Source of the DNA: Amoebidium appalachense
Taxonomy: Eukaryota; Protista; Ichthyosporea
NCBI GenBank assembly: GCA_963693365.1
Contig: CAVNZM010000005.1
Coordinates: 12,934,377-12,998,376 of the forward strand
Length of the DNA stretch: 64,000 bases
Reading direction: 5' to 3'
Each line of letters opens with the position of its first letter. Positions within the stretch are counted from its first letter, which is position 1. The notes beneath the pieces are model-generated. The model searched no databases. It was not told the DNA's origin and saw only the letters and a list, made by a program, of their open reading frames with translations. Position numbers and translations under genes: made by a program. Below are positions 1 to 17,333 of the stretch, one piece after another.

Positions 1-137
1 GAGCCATGCACCCCACGAATGCGTACTACCCCCCGGCACACACACCCTGCTGGCACGTGCACGTGCTTACTCACTGGGACGGACAGATACAGCAAGCTGC
101 AGCGGCCACAGGCGCTCCAGACTACGCTTTATTCCAT

Positions 138-1898
138 TTAAACCCTGGAGGGGTAAAGCATCTGCAGGGGAAAAGAGCGTTAGTGTCAACACTGAGGGCA
201 CTAGCATGTCGACCCATCAACAAGGCCACACTACCATCCATCCAGAAACTGGCGCACACACCTCCGGTCAAAATTTCGACATACAAATGGAGCAGCATTC
301 TGCCACCACTACTTCTTGCATATAACCGACTCGGTAAGATTCGGCTAGAATGTTTCATTCTGCCCTGTGCAAGGTCCCTTCCCCAAATATCAAATAGTAG
401 ACTTCAACTGTACATGACCAAGCCTCACTGTCTTGCTGGTGCCACAGCTGCCTGCAACCCCCCCCCCCCCCAAACACACACCCACACGTACCACGCGGAC
501 GGTGGCGCCCATGGTCTTGGGGGGCAGGTTGGAGGTGAACTTGGCGCGCACAACACCGCCGTTGCCGTGGGAGCGGGCAACCTTGCCCCAGATGACGCGG
601 TAGTGGGTGGGCTTGCCCGTGACCTTGTTCTTGGTGGCGCGCTTGCACTTGTACACGTAGGCAATGCGCTTGCCCATGTAGAACTCAGTATCCTCCTTGG
701 TCTTGACCCCCTCGAGCTTGACCAGGGAGAAGTTGGCACTCTGGTTGCGCTGGCCACGGGTGAACCCGAGCACAACGCCCTTGGTGTACAGTCTGTGTGT
801 GTGTGCATGCGTGTTTTTGTGTGTGCGTGTGCGTTGATACATGCGTGTACATGGGCGTGGATAGATGGAGCATGGGGGTAGTGTGTCGTGCAGGTGAAAT
901 GTGGTACGTGTGATGTCCTGGGTGTAGTATGTCGTGTAGATGAAATGTGGTACGTGTAACGTGTAATGCAGGTGTGCAAGCATCAATATGTGCGTTGAAA
1001 AGTATTGTTCACACCCGCAATTAGCCAAGTGGTTGTTGTGCAGTGCGGAGAAGCAGATGAGTGTGTGCATTGTGGTGTGCTGGAAGAATTTGAATGTGTG
1101 TGTACCAGCGAAGGGGAAAGTGTGGGTGGAAGATGACGGGTGGTCAGTTGATGGCAGTATTCCAGAGCTGAGATCCCCGTATGCACCGGCCAATGCAAAC
1201 AGAACTGCAAGATGCGCTATACGGTAGTCTCTTGATGATGGTGCATGTACAACCGTATTTGAATGCTATCTGACAAGAACAGGAAACAAATAATCTCTGC
1301 GTCCCATCGACATTGGTGGCGAATGTCCGATAATATCCACGCATAAGCTCCAAAACCGGTGGACTCCAGCCAACTGGGGTCGATCTGCCAAAAATCAGCT
1401 CAAAAGAAACAATGATGGTAATAATTACTGCCCTGCTGTGCCCGTTTCTCGCTTGTGTGCATGTAACCTCTGGCCGTCCTGCCAAAAATCGACCTTGAGA
1501 AGTGCCCCCATCCATGGGATCCTCCCCTTGTGATGTTAAATACTGGTGCCGTGTTCTCTGTCCTACACAATACGATTAGGAAACTACTCTACGAATATAG
1601 CGTCTAGCCCGTCGTCTTGTAAGTGCTGTATAACAGGGCTACTGGTCGATTGTGTCCGTGGTGCCGCGTTATGGGTCAGATGCTGCGGATATATGGACGA
1701 TCTCTGCCGGATAACTCGTCGAGATGCTTCCGTTTTCGCCTGCCTGGTCCCTGCATCCATCCTCCTGTGACCTGCTCTATTGCATCCTGCCTAATCCGAC
1801 GGCATTCTCCGCACCTGCCAAATCCATCCCTATGCATCTACACTCTACGCTACGTTATTTGCCTAATTTCGGTGCCAGTACCTCACGGGCTGAGGCAT
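138..1898 (-). CDS. RPL35A: 60S ribosomal protein L35a (eL33); 3 exons: 1898-1882, 792-492, 161-138
   Basis: Spliced translation MPQPVR|[17 protein letters not shown]...[11 protein letters not shown]...[36 protein letters not shown]|MLYPSRV*. GT-AG introns are in compatible phase and the eL33 signature motifs are present. Confidence 0.97.
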
Positions 1899-1920
1899 CT
1901 TCGCTTGCTCAACGATGGAC

Positions 1921-1934
1921 ACCGAAAAGAGGAG
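1921..1934 (-). promoter_or_regulatory. Pyrimidine-rich TOP/TCT-like initiator of RPL35A
   Basis: Minus strand reads CTCCTCTTTTCGGT about 25-35 nt upstream of the ATG, typical of ribosomal protein gene starts. The TSS is not verified. Confidence 0.45.
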
Positions 1935-2792
1935 TCACAGTGGCACACAGCTGCCCTTTAGCGTTGCCGCCTACAACGGTAACACACACTAGCTGATGAG
2001 GGAGATAAGCGGATAAAATAAACGCTGCTGGTTGGTTTAAGTTTATCCGCCTAGATTTATAAAAGCTTGTGGCCAATGAAACGAGTCTCCTAAAAAAAAG
2101 ATCTGCGCGGGAAATTCCAAAAAAGCAGATTGCGCAAACCCAAACTGGGCAACTGCAACTTTCAAGTCGAGGTCGCACACCACGTCTTCAACGGAACATC
2201 CCAAAATGCTCAAGGAGTATTTGTGCAGTCCAGCTGCAGCTGTGCTTTATTTTTAAATAAAATTCGCAGACAACCCCGTTCGCTTTTTTATAACCCTGCA
2301 GCATTCAAAATTCTTGCTTACCTCAAACATGAGGGAAAGTATGCTTTCGGTTTATTGAGACCTCAGTTGATAGACATATGTGTATGTAGGTGCCTAAAAG
2401 AAAAATGCTCGTACACATAAAAGCACACATTAACAACATGTGTAAACGGATATGCTCATAGCTTGTGAGAATTTATGCTATAAGCTTTCACTTCGGATGC
2501 AAGTTGGCGCCGCGACGTGTTGTGTCGGAATGGTGGGTTCATGTTCCCTGGGCTTTAATCCACATCACCTAGCCTATTTGGACACACGTACCTGTTTATC
2601 AGTGACCAAGTTGCACAAAGTCATTAGCGCAAACAAGTTGATACTGCGCTGCTTAGTATGCACTAATCAAAACCATTCTTCCCATCTCCTTCCATTTTAC
2701 TTCGAGGCTCCATCCCTCCACATCCCAACTCAATTCAACACATGGGCACACCTTCAAGTTGGTTCTGTGTTAAGTGGACGGTTGAGGGGAAG

Positions 2793-6661
<3,869 letters not shown>

Positions 6662-7314
6662 GGTTGAAACGGGCCTGGCCCTAGGCACGGTGGTCTTCAC
6701 GTTGTGAGATGTTTCTCGAGCCCTTCCCTCTTTATTCTGTAGAACATTTGTTGGCTCTACCGGTACCTGTCACTAGATACACCCTGCAGTGTGTGGGTTT
6801 TACTAAACTTCACCAGCAATCCGTTCAGGCTAAGTAGCAGCATATCGTGCTGCTTCTTGCTTCGCATGCAGCTGTTTTGACCCTCTGGAAAGAAAGGATA
6901 CCGTCAGTAGGGAGGTGTAGGTGGCCTTGTCAGCTTGCCAGGCGGAAACTGAAACTTTTTGAACGCTGAATTTTCTGCTGTTATAAAACGAAAACGAGTT
7001 TTCCATCGGATGGGAGCTCGAGTCAGCGAGGCTCGGCTCTTGTAATCGCAATAGATCTATCTCCTAAATCGACTCTTTTATGATTGGCTACAAATCATGG
7101 CTCTGTGTTTATTCGCTAAATTACCTGCCTAATATGGTAGGTCCCGTTGCGCACACTGGCTTGTTACATTTTTCAGTTTGCGGCCCGGGAAGGCAGGGTA
7201 AGAAGACCTATCCAGCCTCCACACAGACAACAGTGAAGCACGCTACAAACCACCTTTTTGTGATTCCCCAGCCACACGGCAACTCCCCACGTCCGGTGGC
7301 TTCAGGGTGCGCCT
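6662..7314. promoter_or_regulatory. Probable bidirectional promoter between Churchill and the HDAC-fold gene
   Basis: 653-bp microsatellite-free spacer between divergent ATGs, with an inverted CCAAT box (TGATTGGCT, 7081-7089). Similar CCAAT motifs occur upstream of other genes at 26844, 38548 and 38590. Confidence 0.55.
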
Positions 7315-8514
7315 ATGTTTTCAGCCACGCTTGCCCGTGCAGCGAGGAGGGTGGTGAACATGGGTGCCGTGGGCGCCTTTGAGCCGCTGCAGCGCGTGCG
7401 GCTGTTCTACCCGGCCACGGCCCTGGCCTACGATGCCTCCTATGTGCTCACGTCACGCGACGCGCCCCACTACGACGTACCTGGGCGCATCAAGGGCGTG
7501 CTGGACATGGCACTTGCCCGCCCGCACCTGTTCGACTGTGTGCCCGTCAGCCCCAGCGTGCAGCCGGGCGGCAGCTACGAGCAGTGTGCCGAGATAGAGG
7601 CGGCTCTGCGCGTGCACAGTGCGGACATGGTGGAGTTTCTATTGCGTGTGCCTAAAGAGCCCCCCGTAGTGCCCGAGACCTTCCTCATCCCCGGTGCCTT
7701 CTCGCGGACAGGCCGGGTGCCCAAGTTCCCCAACCTGCCGCAGTATGCAGGGGCCTACTGCTTCGACAGCTGGACTCCCCTCACGAACCAAACCATACCT
7801 GCCGTGATCGAGAGTCTGGCCTGTGCGCTGCAGGCGGCCAGGGCCGTTGTTTCTGCGCCGGTTAGCCAGCAGCCCAACGTGGCCTATGCACTATGCCGCA
7901 CACCAGGCCACCATGCAGGGCACTCAGCCTACGGGGGCTACTGCTACCTCAACAACGCAGTCATAACGGCGCGACACCTGCAGCTCAGTGGGCTCTCCAA
8001 CGTGATCATAGTCGACCTGGACTTCCACTACGGCAACGGCACACACATACTGTGCCAGGGGCTGGATGATGTGCACATGGTCAGTGTGCATGCTGACCCT
8101 GCCGTGGGCTATGAGCCCTACTTCAGTGGTATGGCGGTGCTGGAGGAGGAGAGTGGGGTGGACGGGCAGGGCATACCAAAGTGCCTCAACCTGGTCTACG
8201 ACCCTATCACTATCAGGCAGCAGCACTTCACCACCCTAATGGAACAGGCCTGTGACTTTGTGCACAGGGTCTACGACGCAAAGAAGGGAGACACGGGGGC
8301 ACTCGTGGTCAGTTTGGGGGTGGATGCGCTTGAGGATGACCCCCTGCATAAGAGTGGAACGGGGTGGAAGGCAGATTGGTATGGACAGGCTGCACGTAGG
8401 TTGAGGGAGGTGAATGGGGACCGGCCCATGGTGGTGGTGCACGAGGGGGGCTACAGCCCCGACAAGAGCCCAAGTGCCGTGCTGGCTTTCTTCGAGGGGC
8501 TGTTGGCCCCCTAG
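7315..8514 (+). CDS. Histone-deacetylase-fold hydrolase, acetylpolyamine amidohydrolase (APAH)-like; intronless, 399 aa
   Basis: Motifs CRTPGHHA, GGYCYLNNA, DLDFHYGNGT, SVHADP, VVSLGVD and HEGGY, with Zn ligands and the catalytic His/Tyr intact. The Arg/Ala-rich N-terminus MFSATLARAARRVV resembles a mitochondrial presequence. Confidence 0.9.
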   Translation: MFSATLARAARRVVNMGAVGAFEPLQRVRLFYPATALAYDASYVLTSRDAPHYDVPGRIKGVLDMALARPHLFDCVPVSPSVQPGGSYEQCAEIEAALRVHSADMVEFLLRVPKEPPVVPETFLIPGAFSRTGRVPKFPNLPQYAGAYCFDSWTPLTNQTIPAVIESLACALQAARAVVSAPVSQQPNVAYALCRTPGHHAGHSAYGGYCYLNNAVITARHLQLSGLSNVIIVDLDFHYGNGTHILCQGLDDVHMVSVHADPAVGYEPYFSGMAVLEEESGVDGQGIPKCLNLVYDPITIRQQHFTTLMEQACDFVHRVYDAKKGDTGALVVSLGVDALEDDPLHKSGTGWKADWYGQAARRLREVNGDRPMVVVHEGGYSPDKSPSAVLAFFEGLLAP

Positions 8515-8557
8515 AGCGGACAGTGACCATATATGGTAGGAGGGGGGGGGGGAGTAG

Positions 8558-8768
8558 GCATGTGCATAGTGTTAATGTTTAATCTTTTTTGTACACGGCC
8601 ATGTGCATAGTGTTAATGTTTATTCTTTTTTGTACACGGCCACGTGCATAGTGTTAATGTTTATTCTTTTTTGTACACGGCCATGTGCATAGTGATAATG
8701 TTTTTTCTTTTTTGTACATGGCTATGTGCATAGTGTTAATGTTTATTCTTTTTTGTCGGCCATGTGCA
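8558..8768. repeat. 41-bp minisatellite, ~5 copies
   Basis: Tandem CATGTGCATAGTGTTAATGTTTATTCTTTTTTGTACACGGC directly downstream of the HDAC stop codon. Confidence 0.95.
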
Positions 8769-9225
8769 CACGCGCACTACAGGAACACACACTGTGCCTG
8801 TACATACTAAAGACTTCACCATACGTATGAGGGACCTGACCCACACAGATTCTTATCCGAACTGTCGAGCGGTATTTCTACGCTGGACATTAACCACACG
8901 TACAGAATGAAGCCAAACAAACTTGCTCCATAGATAGGGCTGAAATACAACGAATTGTCTTGACCCTTTACCAACGAACAGGATTTGTTGGTGGCCACAG
9001 GCAGGTCACCCCCTTTTTTTTTTCTTTTTCTTTTTTTACCCCCTTATATAAACAAATACAGGGCAAGCCCTGATGATCACGTCGTGCATTGAACCTGGCC
9101 TATTCCTTTCCCCCCCCCTCCCCCCCTCTTTCCCCCATGCCCCGTGCCATCCACCCACCTCTAAGGCATGCACCTTCATCTTTTTTCGATGGTGGCATGG
9201 TAGACGTGAAGGTGTGTGTGGGGTG

Positions 9226-9262
<37 letters not shown>

Positions 9263-9938
9263 GGGGGAGGGGGGAGGGGGGAGGAGGAATTAGGGGGCAC
9301 CCAACTAAACACATGCACACCATACCCACTTATAAGTGGTGGCGGTTGGTGGATGGGGGGGGGGGGGGGGGGGGGGGGGGGGGAGGGCAGCTGTTTCTTG
9401 TAGGAAATTAACCTGGTAACGTTATAAGGGGAGGTTGACTTTTGACGAAACGGCATGTGGGTGGGTGGGTGGATGGCTGGGGGGGTGGGGGGGGGTTCAT
9501 ATGTGGCGTGTTTTACTTGCCAATTGGGGGGGGGGGGAGGGGGGGGGAGAATCTGTGGGGAGGGGGGAAGGGGGAGGTTTTGTGTTTTGTGTCTTTCCTT
9601 GTTAGGTTTGTTTTGGTTTAAAAGGTGGGGGGGGGGGGTGGAAAAGGAACCATAATTGGCCATTGTGATCACGAGGGGAGTAGAGAGTGTGAGAATGGGC
9701 TCGTAGGAAGGGCGGGTGGGTAACAGGTGCATGTGTTGTGCCGGGATCCGTTTTCTTATTGGGTACGTGGGTTTTGGGCAGGCCATTGTTGGTTGGGTTA
9801 ATGAAAGAATGCACATGAACCGGTTGCTTGGTGGAAGTTCGGCAAGGTAAAGGGAGGCAGATAGCTGGTGGAGGGAATCCGTTAGGTGTGGTGCTGGTGA
9901 TGGTGGGGTGTTTTTTTTTGTTTTTTGTTTTTTTTTGT

Positions 9939-9986
<48 letters not shown>

Positions 9987-10685
9987 TTGGAGGGGAGGGG
10001 GGGGGGGGGGGGAGGGGGGAAGGGGGGGGGAAGATCGTCATGGGCGTTGGGAGCAGTGCTGGGGGGACTGCAGACGACCTTAATGCACCGCCTTTGCGCC
10101 CAATATTGCTGGTGTTTGCAGCAAGAGGAGGGAACCCGTGGGTGGTGCACATAACCGAAGTGAAGTGAGGGGTGGTGGTGGTGGGGGGGGGGTTGCAGCT
10201 ATGTTCGAGTTGCAAGGGTGGCTGGCCCATGGGCCCACCTAGCAGGCCTGCCTGTTTCACAGCACATTTAGAGCATTTCATGCACCTGCATACATCAAAG
10301 GCCATCATGCCCATCACAGCCGCCCCCTCTCCCCCTCTCTTCTAACCCCCTCCACATCTGCTATCCCCTCCCCTCCCCCCCCCTCCCCTCTCACCCATCC
10401 CTAGGAACTTCAACCTCCTCCAGCCTGTTACGCATTGTCACCCTAGACCAATTAAGCCAAACCCATTTATGGATATTTGCACCCCTGTTCGGTCATTTCA
10501 CCCCCCCCACCTGTGGGAGTGGGGGTGGATGTGAGCCGTGAGGAGACCACCCGAAGAGACAGATCTCCTCTTTCGGTGGAACTACCAAATATGGCAACAC
10601 AGCCTCTGATTGGTCATCTGCTCTGACCAGCATCGAAGATCCCCGGCTTCCGCAACCAATCAGTTGAGGCCATGCTTCTTCTTAT

Positions 10686-10890
10686 ACAGTGTGTGTCCAC
10701 ACGGCAAATTTGACGGGTTTGGGGCCTCTAGACGAATTCCTAGCCACTAGAGCCGGAGACATGGTCGTCCCTGAGCTCTGGCTTGTGTATGGGGGGAAGG
10801 GGTGAAAGGAGGTGTATGTACTTGGAGTGGTGGGCCTGGTGTGTGGGGAGGGGGGGGGAGCACTGAGATGGTCGGAATAGGATAGGGCCA

Positions 10891-10940
<50 letters not shown>

Positions 10941-11150
10941 TCAGGCACGAAGAGGAGTGCTAGGAAAGAGAAGGGAGAAAGTCTAACCTGATGAGCTCTG
11001 TACACGGAATCGGCAGGGGGGAAGGGGGGGGGGGGGGGAGAGGGGGGGGGGGGGGGGGGGGGGGGGGTAAAGGGGGGGGGAGGGTCCTTTTTCCTGCAGG
11101 AAAACCCCGGAATACAGCCCTTGGAATTGGAGGAGGGGGGAGGGAGGGGA

Positions 11151-11187
<37 letters not shown>

Positions 11188-11343
11188 CATATTAGCAGAA
11201 GCTTATAGACCAGTGCACATCTCTTGCTTTTCAGGCACATACATCGTTATGGGGCATATCATCAGAGATGAAAATGGTTTCAAAAGCCACGGCAGGCGTT
11301 GGAAAGAGGGTGCCACTGATTTGTGTGTGCGCGCGGGGGAGCT

Positions 11344-11380
<37 letters not shown>

Positions 11381-11474
11381 TGATGGCAATATGTTCGTAT
11401 ATATGGAATTTTTTTGCGCGGACGGACACAGTAAGACAAGATGGGTCATATGGCAAGGGAACGGCCGGGAACAT

Positions 11475-11509
<35 letters not shown>

Positions 11510-12077
11510 GGGGAGGAGGAGAGGAGGGGGGGCGGGTCCATTGTTTCGAAACTGATGTACGAAGGTGCCCGTACGTGCATGGAAAAATACTTTGTCAAGG
11601 GCTATTCTCTATTGGCTTAGGTTGAAACCGGTGTAATCGGATCATCCTTATACGGAAAGTGTGCAGAATTGATCATGGGAAGGGTGACCACGTGTGTACT
11701 TAGGAGGGAGGAAGGGAGAACGCAGGGTGGATGGGGGGAAGAGGCCGGGGGAAGAGGGGGGGGGGGGGGGGGGGGGGGGGGTTTGGGTTCGGACGTCATA
11801 CAGTGGAATAGGAATTAATTATTCCTTCCCAAATACCCTTCTCCCTCCCGCCCCTTCCCCCTCCTCCCCCTTATCCCCTCTCCCGCCCCCCCCCCCCCCC
11901 CCCCCCCCCCCAAAACAAAACAAACATGCCCACACCCTGCCTCTTTAGTACCGCCATTAGGATGGGTCCAGGATACGGGCGTGCCCAGGTTGAGGTTACA
12001 CGTGGCACTGCAGCTGACCGGACCCAACAGGAGCGTGCACAGCGGCCCCATTTGATTGGTTCCGTGTGTGTCTCTCT

Positions 12078-12113
<36 letters not shown>

Positions 12114-12210
12114 GTGTTTGTTTGTTGAGGGCTCGAGTGGGGATGGGCGGGGGAAGGTAGGGAGGGTGGAGGGAGAGGGAGGGGGGGGGAGGGGGGGGGG
12201 GGGGAGTTGT

Positions 12211-12242
<32 letters not shown>

Positions 12243-12685
12243 CCGTGCAAAGTGAAGCAATGGGTCGTGGAACTTCTTTTTGGTGAAAAGTATTGTGTGC
12301 TGAGAGAGGTGCGGTAGGATTAGATGCTGAAACTATCATCTCAGGGGAAACTAACCTGAAGCGAACTCGGACACCGGGCCGGCAAGAGGTGGGGAGGTTG
12401 GGGGGGGGGGGTCCTATTTGCTGCAACATTATCCCGTTGTTAGACCCAAAAACGTGATATAAAACTACATATACGTTGTTTTCTCCCCCCTCAGAATCAT
12501 TGCGCAAACAATCTTCTGCGCTGTTGACACCATAGAAGTCTTCGTCGTTTTGTTTTTTCCGTTTGTTTCTTCTTCCCCCCCCCCCCCCCCCTTCCCCCCC
12601 CCTTCCCCCCCCCCCTTTTTTGTTCTTTTCTATTTTTTTCCCTCCTTCCTAATTCATGATGTTGTTGGGGTGTTAGCCTGGTGAA

Positions 12686-12721
<36 letters not shown>

Positions 12722-13230
12722 TTATTTTTGATTAAAAACCTGAAAAGGGATAGTATCGAAAACGGCCTCCCCACACACACCCCCACACGCTCTCACCCAC
12801 CCATTATGCACACCAATCAAATAGCTCCCACCACCGAGTGCGAAGCCGAGGAGCCCAAAACCAATAAATTCAATAGATCCACCATCGAGCTCCATAGAAT
12901 GATTCACAGGTGTTTGGAATGAAACGGTTCAACAAACAAAAAATGACAATACTAAGTCGAGGCATATGCCTGCAAGTTGAAGCCATGGGAAACCCCCGGA
13001 CTTGACCACACCGCATCCGGGCAAAACGTAAAATAACTTACTGAGTGTGGGTTTCTCTCAATCTGTATTCCTCTACCCACATACACCATGTGTAAGAGAC
13101 ACAGCGCACAATAGAAAGATTGCCCACCAAACTCTGGATCAAAATTTATGCTTGATTTGGGCAAGTTTCAGTCCTGTTTCAAAACTAAAAGGATATCATA
13201 TAGATACTCTCGAAGTTTAAAGCTACAGTG
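10686..13230 (+). pseudogene. Highly eroded Ty3/gypsy-like pol relic (RT, RNase H, integrase fragments) broken up by poly-G/C tracts
   Basis: Collinear degenerate motifs: VCVHTANL......DEF...R..D (10686; cf. CVDYRxLN.....D.YPLP.I.D), MGHII...G.K (11252; cf. LGHII), ICSYIWNF (11389; cf. LCSYYRRF), FETD......GKILCQ (11545; cf. RNase H ETDAS...GAVL.Q), PWETPGLD (12983; cf. integrase PW....D). Each motif is weak alone; their order supports the call. Confidence 0.45.
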
Positions 13231-13381
13231 ACTGCTGATATGCTGTAATGACTCTTTAATGAAGCTTGCTATGGCGTCTGCTGCACTTCGGCCAATCTGG
13301 GGCTGTGCATGGTGGTGTCTTTATCCCCCCAACACAACATGATCACCGAAAGCGAAATATCAGCATGCACAGTGGCGCCGA

Positions 13382-14182
<801 letters not shown>

Positions 14183-14261
14183 CCTTCTTCACCCCCTCTT
14201 CCCCCTTTCTCCATGGGCGCTTGGACTTAAAAAGACTCTCGTGACCTTCCTCTGAAGATTC

Positions 14262-14460
14262 AAGTAAGACAATAAGGAGTTTATATGGTTAAGTAAGACA
14301 ATAGGGAGGTTAAATGGTTAAGTAAGACAATAGGGAGGTTAAGTGGTTAAGACAATAAGGAGTATAAATGGTTAAGTAAGACAATAGGGAGGTTAAATGG
14401 TTAAGGAAAACAATAAGGAGGTCAAATCGGTAAGTAAGACAATAAGGAGGTTTTATGGTT
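14262..14460. repeat. ~29-bp minisatellite, ~7 copies
   Basis: Tandem AAGTAAGACAATARGGAGGTTAAATGGTT variants. Confidence 0.9.
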
Positions 14461-14471
14461 GGAGACCCTTA

Positions 14472-14717
14472 CAGGGGTCCCTCGCGTATTAATACACCCC
14501 CGTTTTTGGTTAGAAGTGTATTAATACGTGAGGTGTATTAATACGCGAACGCGACAGTTTTACTAGTAAATTGCCATTTATGGTGTCGCGCCTAAGTACT
14601 TACATATGAGTATACAGGGAAATCTATATGTCCCCCTATACTATCGTGCAGGGCCGGAAGTGTATCAATACTCGAATGTATAAATAAGATGGTGTATAAG
14701 TACATGAGGGACCCCTG
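14472..14717. mobile_element. MITE, Tc1/mariner (pogo/Tigger-like), 246 bp
   Basis: Left end CAGGGGTCCCTCGCGTATTAATACACC; the right end reads on the reverse strand CAGGGGTCCCTCATGTACTTATACACC. TA flanks both sides (14470-71, 14718-19) and there is no ORF. Confidence 0.85.
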
Positions 14718-15115
14718 TACTATGAGCCCAAACACGTATCCCACCCTCTTCCCCCCCCCCCCCCCCCCCCCTCCACCCCCCTCCCCCCCCCCCCCCTCCC
14801 CCCCCCAGATATCATGGGTTTCTTGGTTAGCAGTATCAACAGGCTCTGCTTGTCTTGAATGTTCTCTTTGCATTCGTTTTTCATCGTGCTTTCCTTCCGC
14901 CTCAAACCCCCCCCCCCCCCCCCCCCCCACCAATCTCCCCCCGAAATGTGCCATATTATAATCCTCTCCCCCCCTGGGCAGCCCATTGTCTTACCCCTTC
15001 TTTCTCCCCTGGGACATACCTTTCTTGCCATTGCAGGCAGCATACCCCTTGGACCAATCATGCAGTCAGGCAGCAACGTCATTGTGAGGGTACTGGCTAG
15101 AAGAGTGCAATCACA

Positions 15116-15130
15116 GGTGTGGGTGTGTGT

Positions 15131-15196
<66 letters not shown>

Positions 15197-15326
15197 ATGT
15201 GTGTGTGTGGGTGTGGGTGTGTGTGTGCGTGTGTGTGTGCTTTTCTGTATGTGTGTGTGCGTCACGGTGTGCGTGTGTGGGTGGGTGGATGGGTGGGTGT
15301 GCATGTATGTGTATGTGTGTGTGTGT

Positions 15327-15357
<31 letters not shown>

Positions 15358-15536
15358 CGCGCGCGCGTGTGTGTGCGCGTGTGTGTGTGTGGGTGTGTGC
15401 ATGTGGGTGTGTGGGTGTGTGTGGGTGTGTGTGTATGTGTGTATGTGTGTGTGTGTGCGTGTGTGTGTCTGTGCCTGTGCGTGCGTGTGTGCTTGTGTGT
15501 GCGTGTGTGTGTGTGTGTGTGCGTGTGCGTGTGTGT

Positions 15537-15567
<31 letters not shown>

Positions 15568-15694
15568 CATGTGGGTGTGTGGGTGTGCGTGGGTGTGGTG
15601 TGTGTGTGTGTGTGTGCGTGTGTGCTTTTCTGTATGTGTGTGTGCATGTGCGTGGGTGGGTGGGTGGGTGGGTGGGTGGGTGGGTGGGTGTGCA

Positions 15695-15758
<64 letters not shown>

Positions 15759-15823
15759 TGTGTGCGCACGCGTGTGTGTGTGTGTGTGTGTGCATATGGG
15801 TGTGTGGGTGTGTGTGGGTGTGT

Positions 15824-15905
<82 letters not shown>

Positions 15906-15934
15906 ATGTGGGTGTGTGGGTGTGTGTGGGTGTG

Positions 15935-15965
<31 letters not shown>

Positions 15966-16033
15966 TTTCTGTATGTGTGTGTTCATGTGCGTGGGTGGGT
16001 GGGTGGGTGGGTGGGTGTGCATGTGTGTGTGTG

Positions 16034-16110
<77 letters not shown>

Positions 16111-16165
16111 TGTGCTTTTCTGTATGTGTGTGTGGGTGTGTGGGTGTGTAGGTGTGTGGGTGTGC
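15116..16165. repeat. Compound (GT)n field with higher-order repeat units
   Basis: GT repeats in which the marker GTGCTTTTCTGTATGTG recurs at about 15237, 15622, 15961 and 16112, together with (GGGT)n blocks. Confidence 0.9.
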
Positions 16166-17208
16166 AGGCGGGCATTTGTGCTGCCTCTTTCTCTCCCTCC
16201 CTCCCTCTCTGTTTTCTGTATCTCTCCCCCTCCCCTCCCCTCCCCCTTTTCTTTCTCTCTCTCTCTCTCTCCGGCTCCCAAGTTCCCCTCCCCTCCCTGC
16301 CCTCTCCCTTCTCCTCCACCCCCTCCCACCCCTTCCCCTATCTCTCCCCCTCTCCCCCTCCTTCCCCCTCTTTTTCTGGGTGTTATTGGGGTGTGTTTGC
16401 ATGTACACATGTATGTCTGTTCAGGGCAGAGGGGCAGATCAGTGTTCGAGAGTCAGTGTGTTGAAGGGGAATGGAAGAGACCGGTGGCTGCCACCTGTAC
16501 GTATATTTTGTTTTTGGGCAGTCACACACCTGAGAAGCAGGGAAAGGGGGGCCGTTGGGTGGTGTTGGATTGGGTGGGCGGGTGAGAGGGAGAGGGAGGG
16601 AGGGATGCGGTGGGGGGGGGGGGGGGGAGGGGGGTGTTGGGGGGCGGTCGTTTTTTCATTCTGCATGCTGTTGAGCTTGATGGCAGCTTGGCCTGTGTCT
16701 CTCACCTGATAGGCATCTAACCATAATGATACGATGCCTACTCGATTCGAGGATTTTTTTATAGCAGTTGTGCTTAAAGAAAATTTACTTTCGAATTCTC
16801 AGCATGGCGTAAACAGGGGTTTAGCCGCTGATAATGCCGTATGCGGGTGTTCCTTTAGCAACGATGATTCGGTAGTTCCGACCAATGGGATTGAACGGAC
16901 AGACATAGGCATAGACTGTGTTGGGATGCAGATCAATGTACCACCAATGAAGGGGAGGAGAGGCAAACACAAAACTGGTCGACAAGGTGGATTGGGGAGG
17001 GGGGGGGGGGGGGGGGGGAAAAGCAAAAAGAACAAAAGACCTACTTGTCACCCCCTCAAAGAAGCAAATGGGACAAACGGATGAGAAAGAAAGAAAAAAG
17101 GAAAACTGAAGGCAGAAAGAAGAGGAAGATCCCAAAAAGGTAATTTACACTGCACACAGGCGCATGGACGCAAAAGGCTAAAGCTCACACGCACACAACC
17201 ACACACAA

Positions 17209-17288
<80 letters not shown>

Positions 17289-17292
17289 CCGT

Positions 17293-17333
<41 letters not shown>

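Noticed and set aside
6-881. 291-aa plus-strand ORF
   Set aside because: It is the antisense shadow of RPL35A exon 2 plus intron sequence.
1230-1278. TGATGA...CTGA with a terminal stem inside RPL35A intron 1 (C/D snoRNA-like)
   Set aside because: It is antisense to the host transcript, under 50 nt long, and the stem overlaps box C.
1993-2085. CTGATGAG...GAAAC around a GCGGATAAA/TTTATCCGC hairpin (hammerhead-like)
   Set aside because: Stem II does not close next to GAAA and no stems I/III can be formed.
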